From NCBI GenBank assembly GCA_944383605.1, contig CALWQE010000117.1:1-42830 (forward strand): a stretch of 42,830 nucleotides of DNA, in the 5' to 3' direction. The translations under genes and the position numbers were made by a program. The stretch is from an uncultured Lachnospiraceae bacterium (GTDB taxonomy: Bacteria; Bacillota; Clostridia; Lachnospirales; Lachnospiraceae). The notes under the pieces were generated by a model. The model was not told the DNA's origin and did not search any database. It worked only from the letters and a program-made list of their open reading frames with translations. Each line of letters opens with the position of its first letter. Position 1 is the stretch's first letter. Positions 18,752 through 28,472 of this stretch are shown piece after piece.

Positions 18752-19726
18752 ATGGCGGAACAAGTAAAAACAATCGGAGTTTTAACCAGCGGCGGAGACG
18801 CGCCGGGCATGAATGCAGCCATCCGGGCAGTGGTCAGGACGGCCATCTCCCGGGGTTTAAAGGTAAAAGGAATCCAAAGAGGCTATGCAGGACTGCTGAA
18901 CGGAGAGATCGAGGATATGGACAGCCTGTCCGTAGCGGATATCATCCACAGGGGCGGTACGATTTTATATACAGCCCGCTGCCTGGAATTTTTGACAGAG
19001 GAAGGGCAGCAGAAGGGCGCGGCAATCTGTAAAGAGAACGGCATCGACGGCCTGGTAGTGATCGGCGGCGACGGTTCCTTCCGGGGGGCCCAGAGGCTGG
19101 CTGCGCTGGGCATTAACACAGTAGGCATACCCGGCACCATTGACCTGGATATTGCCTGTACAGAATATACCATTGGCTTTGACACTGCGGTGAACACGGC
19201 GATGGAGGCGATTGACAAGGTGCGGGACACTTCTACTTCCCATGAACGGTGCAGTATTATCGAAGTGATGGGCCGCAACGCGGGTTATATCGCCCTCTGG
19301 TGCGGTATCGCCAACGGCGCGGAGGATATCCTGCTGCCGGAGCGGTATGACTATGATGAGCAGAAGCTGATTGACCGGATTATTGAGAACCGGAAGAGAG
19401 GGAAGAAGCACCATATTATTGTGAATGCTGAGGGGATCGGCCACTCCACCAGCATGGCGAAGCGGATTGAGGCGGCTACCGGCATTGAGACCAGGGCGAC
19501 GATCCTGGGCCATATGCAGAGAGGCGGCACGCCCACCTGCAAGGACAGGGTTTACGCTTCCATTATGGGGGCCAAGGCGGTGGAATTGCTGGCAGAGGGC
19601 AAGAGCAACCGGATCGTGGCCTATAAGAACGGAGGCTATGTGGATTTTGACATCGACGAGGCGCTGGCTATGAAAAAGGATATTTCCGAAGATCAGTTTG
19701 AGATCTTCAAGCATCTGGTGCGGTAA
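18752..19726 (+). CDS. pfkA: ATP-dependent 6-phosphofructokinase
   Basis: GVLTSGGDAPGMNAAIR, VVIGGDGS, PGTIDLD, MGR and GHMQRGG motifs. Confidence 0.95.
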   Translation: MAEQVKTIGVLTSGGDAPGMNAAIRAVVRTAISRGLKVKGIQRGYAGLLNGEIEDMDSLSVADIIHRGGTILYTARCLEFLTEEGQQKGAAICKENGIDGLVVIGGDGSFRGAQRLAALGINTVGIPGTIDLDIACTEYTIGFDTAVNTAMEAIDKVRDTSTSHERCSIIEVMGRNAGYIALWCGIANGAEDILLPERYDYDEQKLIDRIIENRKRGKKHHIIVNAEGIGHSTSMAKRIEAATGIETRATILGHMQRGGTPTCKDRVYASIMGAKAVELLAEGKSNRIVAYKNGGYVDFDIDEALAMKKDISEDQFEIFKHLVR

Positions 19727-19765
19727 CAGAAGGCAGGCGCGGCGGATACTGAAGAGAGTTACGGG

Positions 19766-19803
19766 AGTGCTGCACAGCAAAAACATGTGCGGCGCTCTTT
19801 TTT
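19766..19803 (+). terminator. Intrinsic terminator after pfkA
   Basis: AGTGCTGCACA-N9-TGTGCGGCGCT (11 bp including two G:U pairs) followed by CTTTTTT. Confidence 0.75.
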
Positions 19804-19815
19804 ATACAAAATGAT

Positions 19816-19844
19816 TTGATTTTTTATATAATCACAATTATAAT
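19816..19844 (+). promoter_or_regulatory. Putative sigma-A promoter of relA
   Basis: TTGATT-17 nt-TATAAT in an AT-rich tract just after the pfkA terminator. Confidence 0.55.
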
Positions 19845-19883
19845 GTTTACCATACACATTTTCTGACAGGAGGATGATGAAAG

Positions 19884-22217
19884 ATGCCGGAACAAGATTT
19901 TTCTGAAAAAAACTGCAGTCATTTAAAAGGAACAGTAGAACCGGTAGAGCTTCCCAAGGACTGTTCCAGTCCGGAGAAGCTGTTTTCTGAGCTGATTGAC
20001 CGGATCCACAGATATCATCCTTCTGATGATACTACAATGGTGGAAAAAGCCTATCAGGTAGCCAGAGAGGCCCACAAGAATCAGCTGCGCAAATCCGGGG
20101 AGCCATATATTATCCATCCGCTGTGCGTGGCCATTATCCTGGCGGAGCTGGAGCTGGATAAGGAAAGTATTATCGCCGGGATCCTTCACGATGTGGTAGA
20201 AGATACGGAAGTGACCTCTGAGGATGTGAAGGCTGCGTTCGGCGAGGAGGTGGCCCTGCTGGTAGACGGCGTCACCAAGCTGACCCAGCTGTCCTGGTCG
20301 GCTGACAAGGTAGAGATTCAGGCGGAAAATCTGCGAAAAATGTTTCTGGCTATGGCAAAGGATATCCGGGTGATCCTGATTAAGCTGGCGGACCGTCTCC
20401 ACAATATGCGGACCCTCCAGTATATGAGGCCGGAGAAGCAGAAGGAAAAAGCCAGGGAGACCATGGACATCTACGCCCCCATTGCCCAGCGGCTGGGTAT
20501 TTCCAAAATCAAGATTGAACTGGATGATCTGTCGCTGAAATATCTGGAGCCGGAGGTATACCGGAACCTGGTGGAAAGCGTGAACCAGAAGAAGGTGGCC
20601 AGGGAACAGTTCGTCCAGCAGATTGTGGACGAAGTCAGCGAGCATATGCGCAAGGCGTCCATTAAGGCGGAGGTATCCGGGAGGGTCAAGCATTTTTTTA
20701 GCATATACCGGAAGATGGTGAATCAGGATAAAACGCTGGATCAGATTTACGATCTGTTTGCAGTCCGGATTATCGTAGATACGGTAAAGGACTGCTACGC
20801 GGCTCTGGGCGTGATCCACGAGATGTATAAGCCGATTCCGGGACGGTTTAAAGATTATATCGCCATGCCCAAGCCCAATATGTACCAGTCTCTCCATACG
20901 ACCCTGATCGGCAGCACCGGCCAGCCCTTTGAGATCCAGATCCGCACCTGGGATATGCACCGTACAGCAGAATACGGTATCGCAGCCCACTGGAAGTATA
21001 AGGAAGGGGCGTCAGGGAAAAACATTTCTGAGAGCGAGGCGGAGAAGCTGAGCTGGCTGCGCCAGATCCTGGAGTGGCAGCGGGATATGTCAGACAATAA
21101 GGAGTTTATGAGCTCCATTAAAAACGATCTGGATCTCTTCTCTGACAGCGTATATTGCTTTACGCCTTCCGGCGATGTGAAAACCCTGCCGGTGGGCTCC
21201 AGCACCATTGATTTTGCCTACAGCATTCACAGTGCGGTAGGAAACCGGATGGTAGGGGCCAGAGTCAACGGGAAGCTGGTTCCCATCGAGTACATTCTGC
21301 AGACCGGAGACCGGGTGGAGATCATCACCTCCCAAAATTCCAAAGGGCCCAGCCGGGACTGGCTGAAAATCGTAAAAAGCTCTCAGGCCAGAAATAAGAT
21401 CAACCAGTGGTTCAAGTCACAGTTCAAGGAAGAAAATATCCTGAAGGGCAAGGAGCTGGTAGACAAATACTGTAAGTCCAGAAGCATCAGCTTTTCAGAT
21501 ATTGCAAAGCCGGAGCTGATCGATAAGGTACTGCGCAAATACGGCTTCCGGGACTGGGACGCCCTCCTGGCAGCCATCGGACACGGCGGCCTGAAGGAAG
21601 GCCAGGTTATCAATAAGCTGCAGGAGGAATATGACAAGAAAAATGCCAAGCTGACAGACGCGGCAGTCCTGGAGAGCCTGGAATCGTCCACCGCTTCGCC
21701 TGCTTCCGTAGCGTCCGTATCAGCGGCAGCCGCCAGGGCGGCCAAGGGAAAGGCCCATACCGGCATTGTGGTAAAGGGACTTCACGATCTGTCTGTCCGC
21801 TGTTCCAGATGCTGCAATCCGGTGCCGGGAGATGAAATCATCGGCTTTGTGACCAGAGGCAGAGGCATTTCCATTCACCGTACCGACTGTATTAACATTC
21901 TGAACCTGCCGGAGATGGAGCGGGCCCGGCTGATCGACGCCGAGTGGGAGCAGCCGGAATCCGGGTCAGATACAGAGCTGTTTACTGCGGAAATCGTCAT
22001 CTACGCCCACAACAGAATCGGTATTTTTGTGGATGTCTCCAAGATTTTTACAGAGCGGAAGATTGACATTACTTCTATGAATGTGCGTACCAGCAAACAG
22101 GGGAAGGCCACCATTACCATGACCTTTGACACAAAAGGCGTGGAGGAGCTGAATCAGCTGATCGATAAGCTGATGAAGGTGGAGAGCGTGATTGACATTG
22201 AGCGTGCCGGCAATTAG
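19884..22217 (+). CDS. relA: Bifunctional (p)ppGpp synthetase/hydrolase, RelA/SpoT (Rel) family
   Basis: HD hydrolase domain (HPL...ILHDVVEDT), synthetase domain (DLFAVRIIV...YKPIPGRFKDYIAMPKPNMYQSLHT), then TGS and C-terminal ACT domains. Confidence 0.93.
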   Translation: MPEQDFSEKNCSHLKGTVEPVELPKDCSSPEKLFSELIDRIHRYHPSDDTTMVEKAYQVAREAHKNQLRKSGEPYIIHPLCVAIILAELELDKESIIAGILHDVVEDTEVTSEDVKAAFGEEVALLVDGVTKLTQLSWSADKVEIQAENLRKMFLAMAKDIRVILIKLADRLHNMRTLQYMRPEKQKEKARETMDIYAPIAQRLGISKIKIELDDLSLKYLEPEVYRNLVESVNQKKVAREQFVQQIVDEVSEHMRKASIKAEVSGRVKHFFSIYRKMVNQDKTLDQIYDLFAVRIIVDTVKDCYAALGVIHEMYKPIPGRFKDYIAMPKPNMYQSLHTTLIGSTGQPFEIQIRTWDMHRTAEYGIAAHWKYKEGASGKNISESEAEKLSWLRQILEWQRDMSDNKEFMSSIKNDLDLFSDSVYCFTPSGDVKTLPVGSSTIDFAYSIHSAVGNRMVGARVNGKLVPIEYILQTGDRVEIITSQNSKGPSRDWLKIVKSSQARNKINQWFKSQFKEENILKGKELVDKYCKSRSISFSDIAKPELIDKVLRKYGFRDWDALLAAIGHGGLKEGQVINKLQEEYDKKNAKLTDAAVLESLESSTASPASVASVSAAAARAAKGKAHTGIVVKGLHDLSVRCSRCCNPVPGDEIIGFVTRGRGISIHRTDCINILNLPEMERARLIDAEWEQPESGSDTELFTAEIVIYAHNRIGIFVDVSKIFTERKIDITSMNVRTSKQGKATITMTFDTKGVEELNQLIDKLMKVESVIDIERAGN

Positions 22218-22248
22218 CCGGATCAGGGAGACGGATAAGGAGGAACCA

Positions 22249-22893
22249 ATGGGAGAATTAAAAGTAATCAGGCTGCTGGTGGGGATGGTGATGACCAACT
22301 GCTACCTGGCATACAACGATGACAGCAGAGAGGCCTTTGTCGTGGACCCGGGCGACGGGGCCAGGCAGATTTCCAGTGTGATCCGGGAGCAGAAGCTGGA
22401 GCTGAAGGGTATCCTGCTGACCCACGGCCATTTTGACCATATGCTGGCTGTGCCGGAGCTGAAACAGGAATTTGCCGTTCCGATTTATGCCCATGAAAAA
22501 GAGCGGGAGCTGCTGGCGGACAGCCAGATGAATCTGTCCGGCGCCTGGATCGGCCGTCCTACCAGCATCAGAGCGGATGTGTGGTTAAAGGACGGGGAAA
22601 CCTTTGAGATGGCTGGCTTTGCGATTCAGGCTATTTTTACGCCCGGCCATACGGCAGGCGGGGTTTCCTACTACATCGAAGCGGAAAAGGCTCTGTTCTG
22701 CGGCGATACCCTGTTTTGCGAATCTTATGGGCGGACAGATCTGCCCACAGCCAGCGGACGGGAGATCGCCTGGTCGATTAATGAACAGCTGCTGCCCCTG
22801 CCGGAGGATGTGGTCGTTTATCCCGGGCATCAGGAGGAAACTACCATCGGACATGAGCGGACATATAACCCTTTGAGTAAAGGAGCCTTTTAA
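22249..22893 (+). CDS. MBL-fold metallo-hydrolase
   Basis: HxHxDH motif LTHGHFDHM and a later PGHTAG. I prefer the ATG at 22249 (AAGGAGGAA RBS) over the ORF-track start at 22192, which overlaps relA. Confidence 0.85.
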   Translation: MGELKVIRLLVGMVMTNCYLAYNDDSREAFVVDPGDGARQISSVIREQKLELKGILLTHGHFDHMLAVPELKQEFAVPIYAHEKERELLADSQMNLSGAWIGRPTSIRADVWLKDGETFEMAGFAIQAIFTPGHTAGGVSYYIEAEKALFCGDTLFCESYGRTDLPTASGREIAWSINEQLLPLPEDVVVYPGHQEETTIGHERTYNPLSKGAF

Positions 22894-24384
22894 ATGACCG
22901 GCCTGATTTTTACCAATGATGAAAATTTCGAATATGACATCCGCGGGCTGCTCACTTCCTTTTATCCGGGAGAGCCGGTTACGGTGGGAACGGAAGAGGG
23001 ATGCGACAGAAGCCTGCGGTTTCTTTATGAGGCGGATGGCATTACGGTAACTTTCCGGCGGCAGGACGGGCGGGAGGAAACCCGCCGGGCAGAAACTGCC
23101 GGGATGGACAGGAGCCGGAAGAAATCGGCGCTGAAGCGGCTGCTGTATCAGATGCTTCGCCAGGATACGGGGCGGGAGCTGCCCTGGGGAACGCTGACCG
23201 GCATCCGTCCTACGAAAATTCCCATGGCCATGCTGGAAGAGGGCTGTTCGGATGAAGAGATCCGGGCCTATATGGAAGGGGAATATTATACCAGCGAGGA
23301 GAAAACCCGGCTGAGCATCCAGATCGCCCACAGGGAGAGGGAAATTCTGAAGCAGATCGACTATGACCGGGGCTACAGCCTGTATGTGGGCATTCCCTTC
23401 TGCCCCACTACCTGTCTGTACTGTTCCTTTACCTCCTTCCCTCTGTCCCGGTGGGAAGAGAGAGTAGATGAATATCTGGACAGCCTGTTTCAGGAGATTG
23501 CCTATACGGCGGAAGCCTTCCGGGACAGGAAGCTGAACGCGATTTATATTGGCGGCGGGACGCCCACCACCCTGACTCCGGCCCAGCTGGAGCGGCTGCT
23601 GGGAAAACTGGAGGCCAGCTTTTCCCTGGGGGATCTGCGGGAGTGGACGGTAGAAGCAGGAAGGCCGGACAGCATCACAGAGGAAAAGCTGGACGCCATC
23701 CGCCGGTTCCCGGTAGACCGGATCTCCATCAATCCTCAGACGATGAAGCAGTCTACCCTGGATCTGATCGGCAGGCGGCATACAGTGGAGGAAACAGAGG
23801 AAGCCTTTCATCTGGCGCGGCGGATGGGCTTTGATAATATTAATATGGATCTGATCCTGGGGCTGCCCCAGGAGACGGCCCGGGATGTGGAGGACACTCT
23901 GAAGGCTGTCCTGGCCCTGAATCCGGATAATCTGACCGTACATTCCCTGGCGCTGAAGCGGGCTTCCCGGCTGAATCTTCAGTGGGAGCAGTATGCCGGG
24001 ATGCGGATGGAAAACAGCGCAGAGATGATGGAGCTGACAGCCCGGTATGCAGCGCAGATGGGCATGTCTCCCTACTATCTTTACCGGCAGAAAAATATGG
24101 CCGGAAACCTGGAGAACGTAGGCTATGCCCGCCCCGGAAAGGCCGGCGTCTACAATATTCTGATTATGGAGGAAAAACAGAGTATCTTGGCCTTAGGTGC
24201 AGGCGCGACTACCAAGCGGGTGTGGAGGCCCAAGGAGGGTCCCCATAAGGGAACGGTCAGAATCGAACGGGCAGATAATGTGAAAAATGTGGATGAATAT
24301 ATCCGGCGGACCGGCGAGATGATCGGGCGCAAGCAGCGGCTGTTTGGCCAGACGCCGGCAAAGGAGCTGCCGGAAAGCAGATAG
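22894..24384 (+). CDS. hemZ: Radical SAM coproporphyrinogen-dehydrogenase-like protein HemZ
   Basis: CxxxCxxC motif CPTTCLYC, GGGTP, and the HemN/HemZ-like length and architecture. Follows relA and the MBL hydrolase, as is common in Firmicutes. Confidence 0.8.
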   Translation: MTGLIFTNDENFEYDIRGLLTSFYPGEPVTVGTEEGCDRSLRFLYEADGITVTFRRQDGREETRRAETAGMDRSRKKSALKRLLYQMLRQDTGRELPWGTLTGIRPTKIPMAMLEEGCSDEEIRAYMEGEYYTSEEKTRLSIQIAHREREILKQIDYDRGYSLYVGIPFCPTTCLYCSFTSFPLSRWEERVDEYLDSLFQEIAYTAEAFRDRKLNAIYIGGGTPTTLTPAQLERLLGKLEASFSLGDLREWTVEAGRPDSITEEKLDAIRRFPVDRISINPQTMKQSTLDLIGRRHTVEETEEAFHLARRMGFDNINMDLILGLPQETARDVEDTLKAVLALNPDNLTVHSLALKRASRLNLQWEQYAGMRMENSAEMMELTARYAAQMGMSPYYLYRQKNMAGNLENVGYARPGKAGVYNILIMEEKQSILALGAGATTKRVWRPKEGPHKGTVRIERADNVKNVDEYIRRTGEMIGRKQRLFGQTPAKELPESR

Positions 24385-24392
24385 CCTGTACA

Positions 24393-24433
24393 GGGGAAGG
24401 AGTGATTCGCGGAATCATTCCTTCCCCCTTTTT
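24393..24433 (+). terminator. Intrinsic terminator after hemZ
   Basis: GGGGAAGGAgTGATTC-gcg-GAATCAtTCCTTCCCC followed by CTTTTT. Confidence 0.85.
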
Positions 24434-24441
24434 ACATACAT

Positions 24442-24469
24442 TTTACAAAAACAGCACAGACTTTACAAT
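24442..24469 (+). promoter_or_regulatory. Putative promoter of the ABC transporter operon
   Basis: TTTACA-16 nt-TACAAT immediately after the hemZ terminator. Four TTTACA boxes and a GTAAAtTTTAC palindrome (24510-24520) lie in the same 100 nt. Confidence 0.45.
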
Positions 24470-24559
24470 AGAAGGAATAAGTTAACTCAAACTTAACAAA
24501 ATGCCCACTGTAAATTTTACAATGGACGGCTATGCTTATATCAGGTGAGGTGTGTATTT

Positions 24560-25516
24560 ATGAAAATTACGATGAAGCATATCTTTAAATCTTATGATAA
24601 AGCAGAGGTGATCCGGGATCTGAACCTGGAGCTTGAGGATCAGGCGTTTACGACGCTGCTGGGCCCCTCCGGCTGCGGCAAGACAACGATCCTGCGGATG
24701 ATTGCCGGGCTGGAAAATCCCACAGGCGGCGAAATCTTTTTTGACGATGTATGCGTCTTTTCCAGCGAAAAGAAAATCAATGTTCCGCCGGAGAAAAGGA
24801 ATATCGGTTTTGTATTCCAGGATTTCGCCCTTTGGCCCCATTTAAGCGTTTTTGAAAATGTGGCCTTTGGCCTGCGGGCGAGAAAGGATACGGCGGATCT
24901 GGAAAAACGGGTGATGGAGGCGCTGGCGGCAGTCCAGCTGTCTGATTTCAGAAACCGGTATCCTTCGCAGCTGTCTGGCGGCCAGCAGCAGCGGGTGGGC
25001 TTTGCCAGAGCGATTGTGACGAAGCCGGACTGCATTCTTTTTGACGAGCCTTTGTCTGCCCTGGATGCGATTCTGCGGGATGAGATGCGGGTTGAGATCA
25101 AGCGGCTGACCGGAGAGATGGGTGTGACGGCGGTTTTTGTCACCCACGATCAGATGGAGGCCATGAGCATGAGCGACCGCATTATCGTGCTGAACCAGGG
25201 ACTGATCGAGCAGGAGGGAGCGCCGGAGGATATCTATCAGAAACCGGCTACGCCATTTACGGCGAAATTTATCGGAAAATCCAACTGGCTGGGCAATCAG
25301 GCCATGTTCCGCCCGGAAGCGGCCAGCCTGAAAAAGACGGAAGGATGCCGGACATATCCGGCGGTAGTAACCGGCGTACAGTTCTTAGGGGAAAACTATC
25401 AGCTGTTTCTTGACGCCGACGGAAAACAGTGGACGATGGAATCGCCGGAAAAATATCAGACGGGAACCAACGTATCTGTTTATATAAATGAAGACAAAAT
25501 TGTAACATTTCAGTGA
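24560..25516 (+). CDS. ABC transporter ATP-binding protein (PotA/FbpC-like with C-terminal TOBE-like domain)
   Basis: Walker A GPSGCGKTT, signature LSGGQQQR, Walker B ILFDEPLSALD, H-loop THD. The ATG at 24560 follows AGGTGAGGTG. Confidence 0.9.
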   Translation: MKITMKHIFKSYDKAEVIRDLNLELEDQAFTTLLGPSGCGKTTILRMIAGLENPTGGEIFFDDVCVFSSEKKINVPPEKRNIGFVFQDFALWPHLSVFENVAFGLRARKDTADLEKRVMEALAAVQLSDFRNRYPSQLSGGQQQRVGFARAIVTKPDCILFDEPLSALDAILRDEMRVEIKRLTGEMGVTAVFVTHDQMEAMSMSDRIIVLNQGLIEQEGAPEDIYQKPATPFTAKFIGKSNWLGNQAMFRPEAASLKKTEGCRTYPAVVTGVQFLGENYQLFLDADGKQWTMESPEKYQTGTNVSVYINEDKIVTFQ

Positions 25517-25519
25517 GAT

Positions 25520-25575
25520 GGAAATTTCCAAATCGACCTGGATGACGCAGCGGGTGCGTCAAGAAGGAGGAAAAA
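25520..25575 (+). promoter_or_regulatory. Conserved two-hairpin leader upstream of the ABC binding-protein gene (copy 1)
   Basis: GGAAATTTCC-AAATCGACCTGGA-TGACGC(agcgggt)GCGTCA-AGAAGGAGG-N5-ATG. Shares its sequence and architecture with 28772-28827. Confidence 0.6.
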
Positions 25576-26652
25576 ATGGGTAAGAAATTGCTTGTGACAT
25601 TGTTGTCTGCCGCTATGATTATGAGCCTGACCGCTTGCGGCAGCACAGAGGAAGAAACTGCCGGAGCGCAGACGGCTGCTCAGGAGGAAAACAGCGCCGG
25701 CGCCGCAGAGGGAGCGGAAGAATCCGGCGAGGGAACAGAGCTGAGCGGCAGCGTAACCGTATATATGCCCAGCCCCACTGACCTGAACACGGCTTATATC
25801 GAGGGCTTTGAGGCAAAGACAGGGGTTAAGGTGGAGCTGTTTGAAGGCACGACCGGAGAGATCCAGGCGCGTCTGGAGGCTGAGAAGGATAACCCGATTG
25901 CAGATGTAGTCGTACTGGCTTCCTGGTCTGACGGCCTGGCAATGAAGGAAACCGGACAGCTGATGAGTTATCCCGAAGCGGAAAACGCCGATAAGCTGTA
26001 TGACGGATGGGTAGACGAGGACTCGATGCTGTTCGGCACAAGTGCATCCGCTCTGGGCGTCATTTATAATACAACGCTGATTGAAAGCCTGGACGCTGAC
26101 TGGTCCGACCTGGCAGATCCTCAGTATCAGGATATGCTGGCGATTCCCGATCCGGAAAAATCCGGTTCCTGCAAGGATTTTCTGGCAGGCTATATGTGCG
26201 CCACAGATAATGACTGGACTGCCTGGGAAGGAATGGCTGCCAACGGCATGATGGTAGCAGGCGCCAACAAGGCGGCGCTGGAGACGGTTACGACCGGCGA
26301 GAAGGCGATCCTGGTAGCGGGCGTGGACTACAATGCTTATTCCAATATCGAAAAGGGCGAGCCTCTGGCGATCTACTATCCGGCTTCCGGAACAGTGATT
26401 AATCCCAGACCTGCCATGATCCTCAATACCAGCCAGAACGTAGAAAACGCCAAGGCATTTGTGGATTATCTGATGTCAGATGAAGCGCAGCAGATGGTGG
26501 CGGAGGCGTACCTGCTTCCCGGAAGAAGCGACATCACCTGTGAAAACCGTACCAACGTGGCGGATATCCCCACCTTTGAAAATCTGGACTGGAATGTGAT
26601 GATGGACAATTCCGGCGAGATTGCGGCGAAATTAAACGAACTCTGTCAGTAA
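25576..26652 (+). CDS. ABC transporter substrate-binding lipoprotein (Fbp/thiamine/polyamine-type PBP2)
   Basis: Lipobox LTAC after a signal peptide, an acidic linker, and solute-binding family features (VTVYMPSP..., LLPGRS). The ligand cannot be assigned from sequence. Confidence 0.8.
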   Translation: MGKKLLVTLLSAAMIMSLTACGSTEEETAGAQTAAQEENSAGAAEGAEESGEGTELSGSVTVYMPSPTDLNTAYIEGFEAKTGVKVELFEGTTGEIQARLEAEKDNPIADVVVLASWSDGLAMKETGQLMSYPEAENADKLYDGWVDEDSMLFGTSASALGVIYNTTLIESLDADWSDLADPQYQDMLAIPDPEKSGSCKDFLAGYMCATDNDWTAWEGMAANGMMVAGANKAALETVTTGEKAILVAGVDYNAYSNIEKGEPLAIYYPASGTVINPRPAMILNTSQNVENAKAFVDYLMSDEAQQMVAEAYLLPGRSDITCENRTNVADIPTFENLDWNVMMDNSGEIAAKLNELCQ

Positions 26653-26668
26653 AGAGAGGTAGCGGGAA

Positions 26669-28330
26669 GTGAGCAAAGCAATAAATGGAAAGCAAAGAAT
26701 CGTTTATTTTACAATCTTTGTGGTGCTGTTTGCCTTAATCATACTTCCAGTTGTTACTGTATTCGGCGAAGCGGTCATTGTAGATGGCCGCTTTGATTTT
26801 AGCAATGCCCTGCAGACAATTGGAGACAGCGAAAATATTACAACGATTACCAACTCCCTGCTTCTGGGATTTCTGGTCGTGATCGTATCGACGGTAATCT
26901 CTACCCCGCTGGCTTTTCTGCTGGCCAGGACGAAATTCGCCCGATGGAAATGGCTGGATATCGTTTTGATGATTCCCTTTATGACGCCGCCTTATATTGC
27001 GTCAATGGGCTGGATTCTTTTCATGCAGAAGCGGGGGCTGTTCCAGCAGCTATTTCCCTGGACGGGAAGCTTTTCAGAGAACTTTTTCTCTCTGGGGGGC
27101 CTGGTGCTGGCAATGACCTTTAACGTTTTTCCTTTTATGACGACGATGCTGAAAAACGCGATTCTGAATATCGGCGTCAATCTGGAAGAAAGCGCCGCTG
27201 TCAGCGGAGCAGGGTTTTTCTGCCGGCTGAGAAAGGTTATGCTTCCGCTGCTGACGGGAAATTATGCCATCGCCATGCTGCTGGTGTTCGTCAAGGTGCT
27301 GTCAGAATACGGCACGCCTTCTACTCTGGGCAACCGGATTGGCTTTTATGTCTTTACGACAGATATCCATCGGTATGCCTCCACGGCGCCCATTGATTTT
27401 GGAAAGGCCTCCAGCCTGTCCAGCGTGCTGGTGCTGATCTGTATGACGATGTGGCTTTTCCAGAGCTATATCACCTCAAAGCATACTTACAGCCTGGTAG
27501 GCGGGAAAGGAAAAAAGGAAAGCCTGTACAGCTGCAGCAGGGCGGCTGAAATCATCGGCGGCGTCTATATCGCTCTGATCATATTGGTCTCTGTGGGCGT
27601 GCCCTATTTCTCTGTGCTGGCCACCTCGCTGATTAAGCTGCGGGGCTACGGGCTGGCGGCAGGCAATTTTACCTTCCAGCATTATGTGGAGCTGTTTACC
27701 AAAAACAGCAAGGGCTGGGAAGCGCTGCTGACCAGCACCACGCTGGCGGTGGTTTCGGCTACGGTGGCCAGCGTGCTGGGAACGCTGATTGTGGTAACGA
27801 TCAAAAAGGCGGGAAAATGGAAAAAGATCATCGAGGGCGAAGGGCTGCTGCCGGAGATGCTGCCTAATATTGTCCTGGTAATCGGCCTGATGCTGTTCTG
27901 GAATAAGATTTATGATATTCTGCCGCTGTATAATACCATTGGATTTATGGTGCTGGTGTATGTGGTCATGTTTTTGCCCTATACGATTCAGTATGTCAGC
28001 TCGGCCTATATGCAGATGGGAGATTCCCTGGTGGAAGCGGGAACCATATGCGGCGGAAGCCGGTTTTATGTCATGCGGCATGTGACGCTGCCGCTGATTA
28101 TGCGGGGCGTGATGCAGGGGTGGATGATGATTTTCATCATTGTATTTCGGGAGCTGGTAGCAGCCAGCCTGATTTCCCCTCCCAATGTCCAGACGGTATC
28201 TACCTTTATCGTGAAGGAATTTGAGCAAGGAAGCGCCTCAGTCGCCATGGCCATGGCACTGATCTGCGTGGTGATCACGGCAACGCTGCTGATTATCCTG
28301 AATTATGCCGTGGGAAGAAAGAAATATTAA
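26669..28330 (+). CDS. ABC transporter permease, fused two-module (FbpB-like)
   Basis: 553 aa, about 12 TM helices, and two EAA-like loop modules (LEESAAVSGAG; LVEAGTICGGSRF). GTG start. Confidence 0.85.
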   Translation: MSKAINGKQRIVYFTIFVVLFALIILPVVTVFGEAVIVDGRFDFSNALQTIGDSENITTITNSLLLGFLVVIVSTVISTPLAFLLARTKFARWKWLDIVLMIPFMTPPYIASMGWILFMQKRGLFQQLFPWTGSFSENFFSLGGLVLAMTFNVFPFMTTMLKNAILNIGVNLEESAAVSGAGFFCRLRKVMLPLLTGNYAIAMLLVFVKVLSEYGTPSTLGNRIGFYVFTTDIHRYASTAPIDFGKASSLSSVLVLICMTMWLFQSYITSKHTYSLVGGKGKKESLYSCSRAAEIIGGVYIALIILVSVGVPYFSVLATSLIKLRGYGLAAGNFTFQHYVELFTKNSKGWEALLTSTTLAVVSATVASVLGTLIVVTIKKAGKWKKIIEGEGLLPEMLPNIVLVIGLMLFWNKIYDILPLYNTIGFMVLVYVVMFLPYTIQYVSSAYMQMGDSLVEAGTICGGSRFYVMRHVTLPLIMRGVMQGWMMIFIIVFRELVAASLISPPNVQTVSTFIVKEFEQGSASVAMAMALICVVITATLLIILNYAVGRKKY

Positions 28331-28398
28331 AACAAGCGCTGTACACGATGCCCTGTAAGGGGCAGATTGGGAAGCCCGGCAAGGCCCCATCTGTCTCT

Positions 28399-28472
28399 TG
28401 CAGGGCATTTTTGTGCTTTCACAGGAAACTGCGTTCCCTATGCAACAAAAATGCTCCGCAGGATTCTTTTTT
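28399..28472 (+). terminator. Palindromic repeat element copy 2, probable intrinsic terminator after the ABC permease gene
   Basis: TTGCAGGGCATTTTTGTGCTTTCACAGGAAACTGCGTTCCCTATGCAACAAAAATGCTCCGCAGGATTC-TTTTTT. Same core as copy 1, but the left arm is more degenerate. Confidence 0.6.

Noticed and set aside
18718-19032. A 104-aa ORF overlapping the pfkA 5' end in another frame.
   Set aside because: Its composition is Arg/Gly-rich, it lies entirely within the well-supported pfkA gene, and it has no independent RBS.
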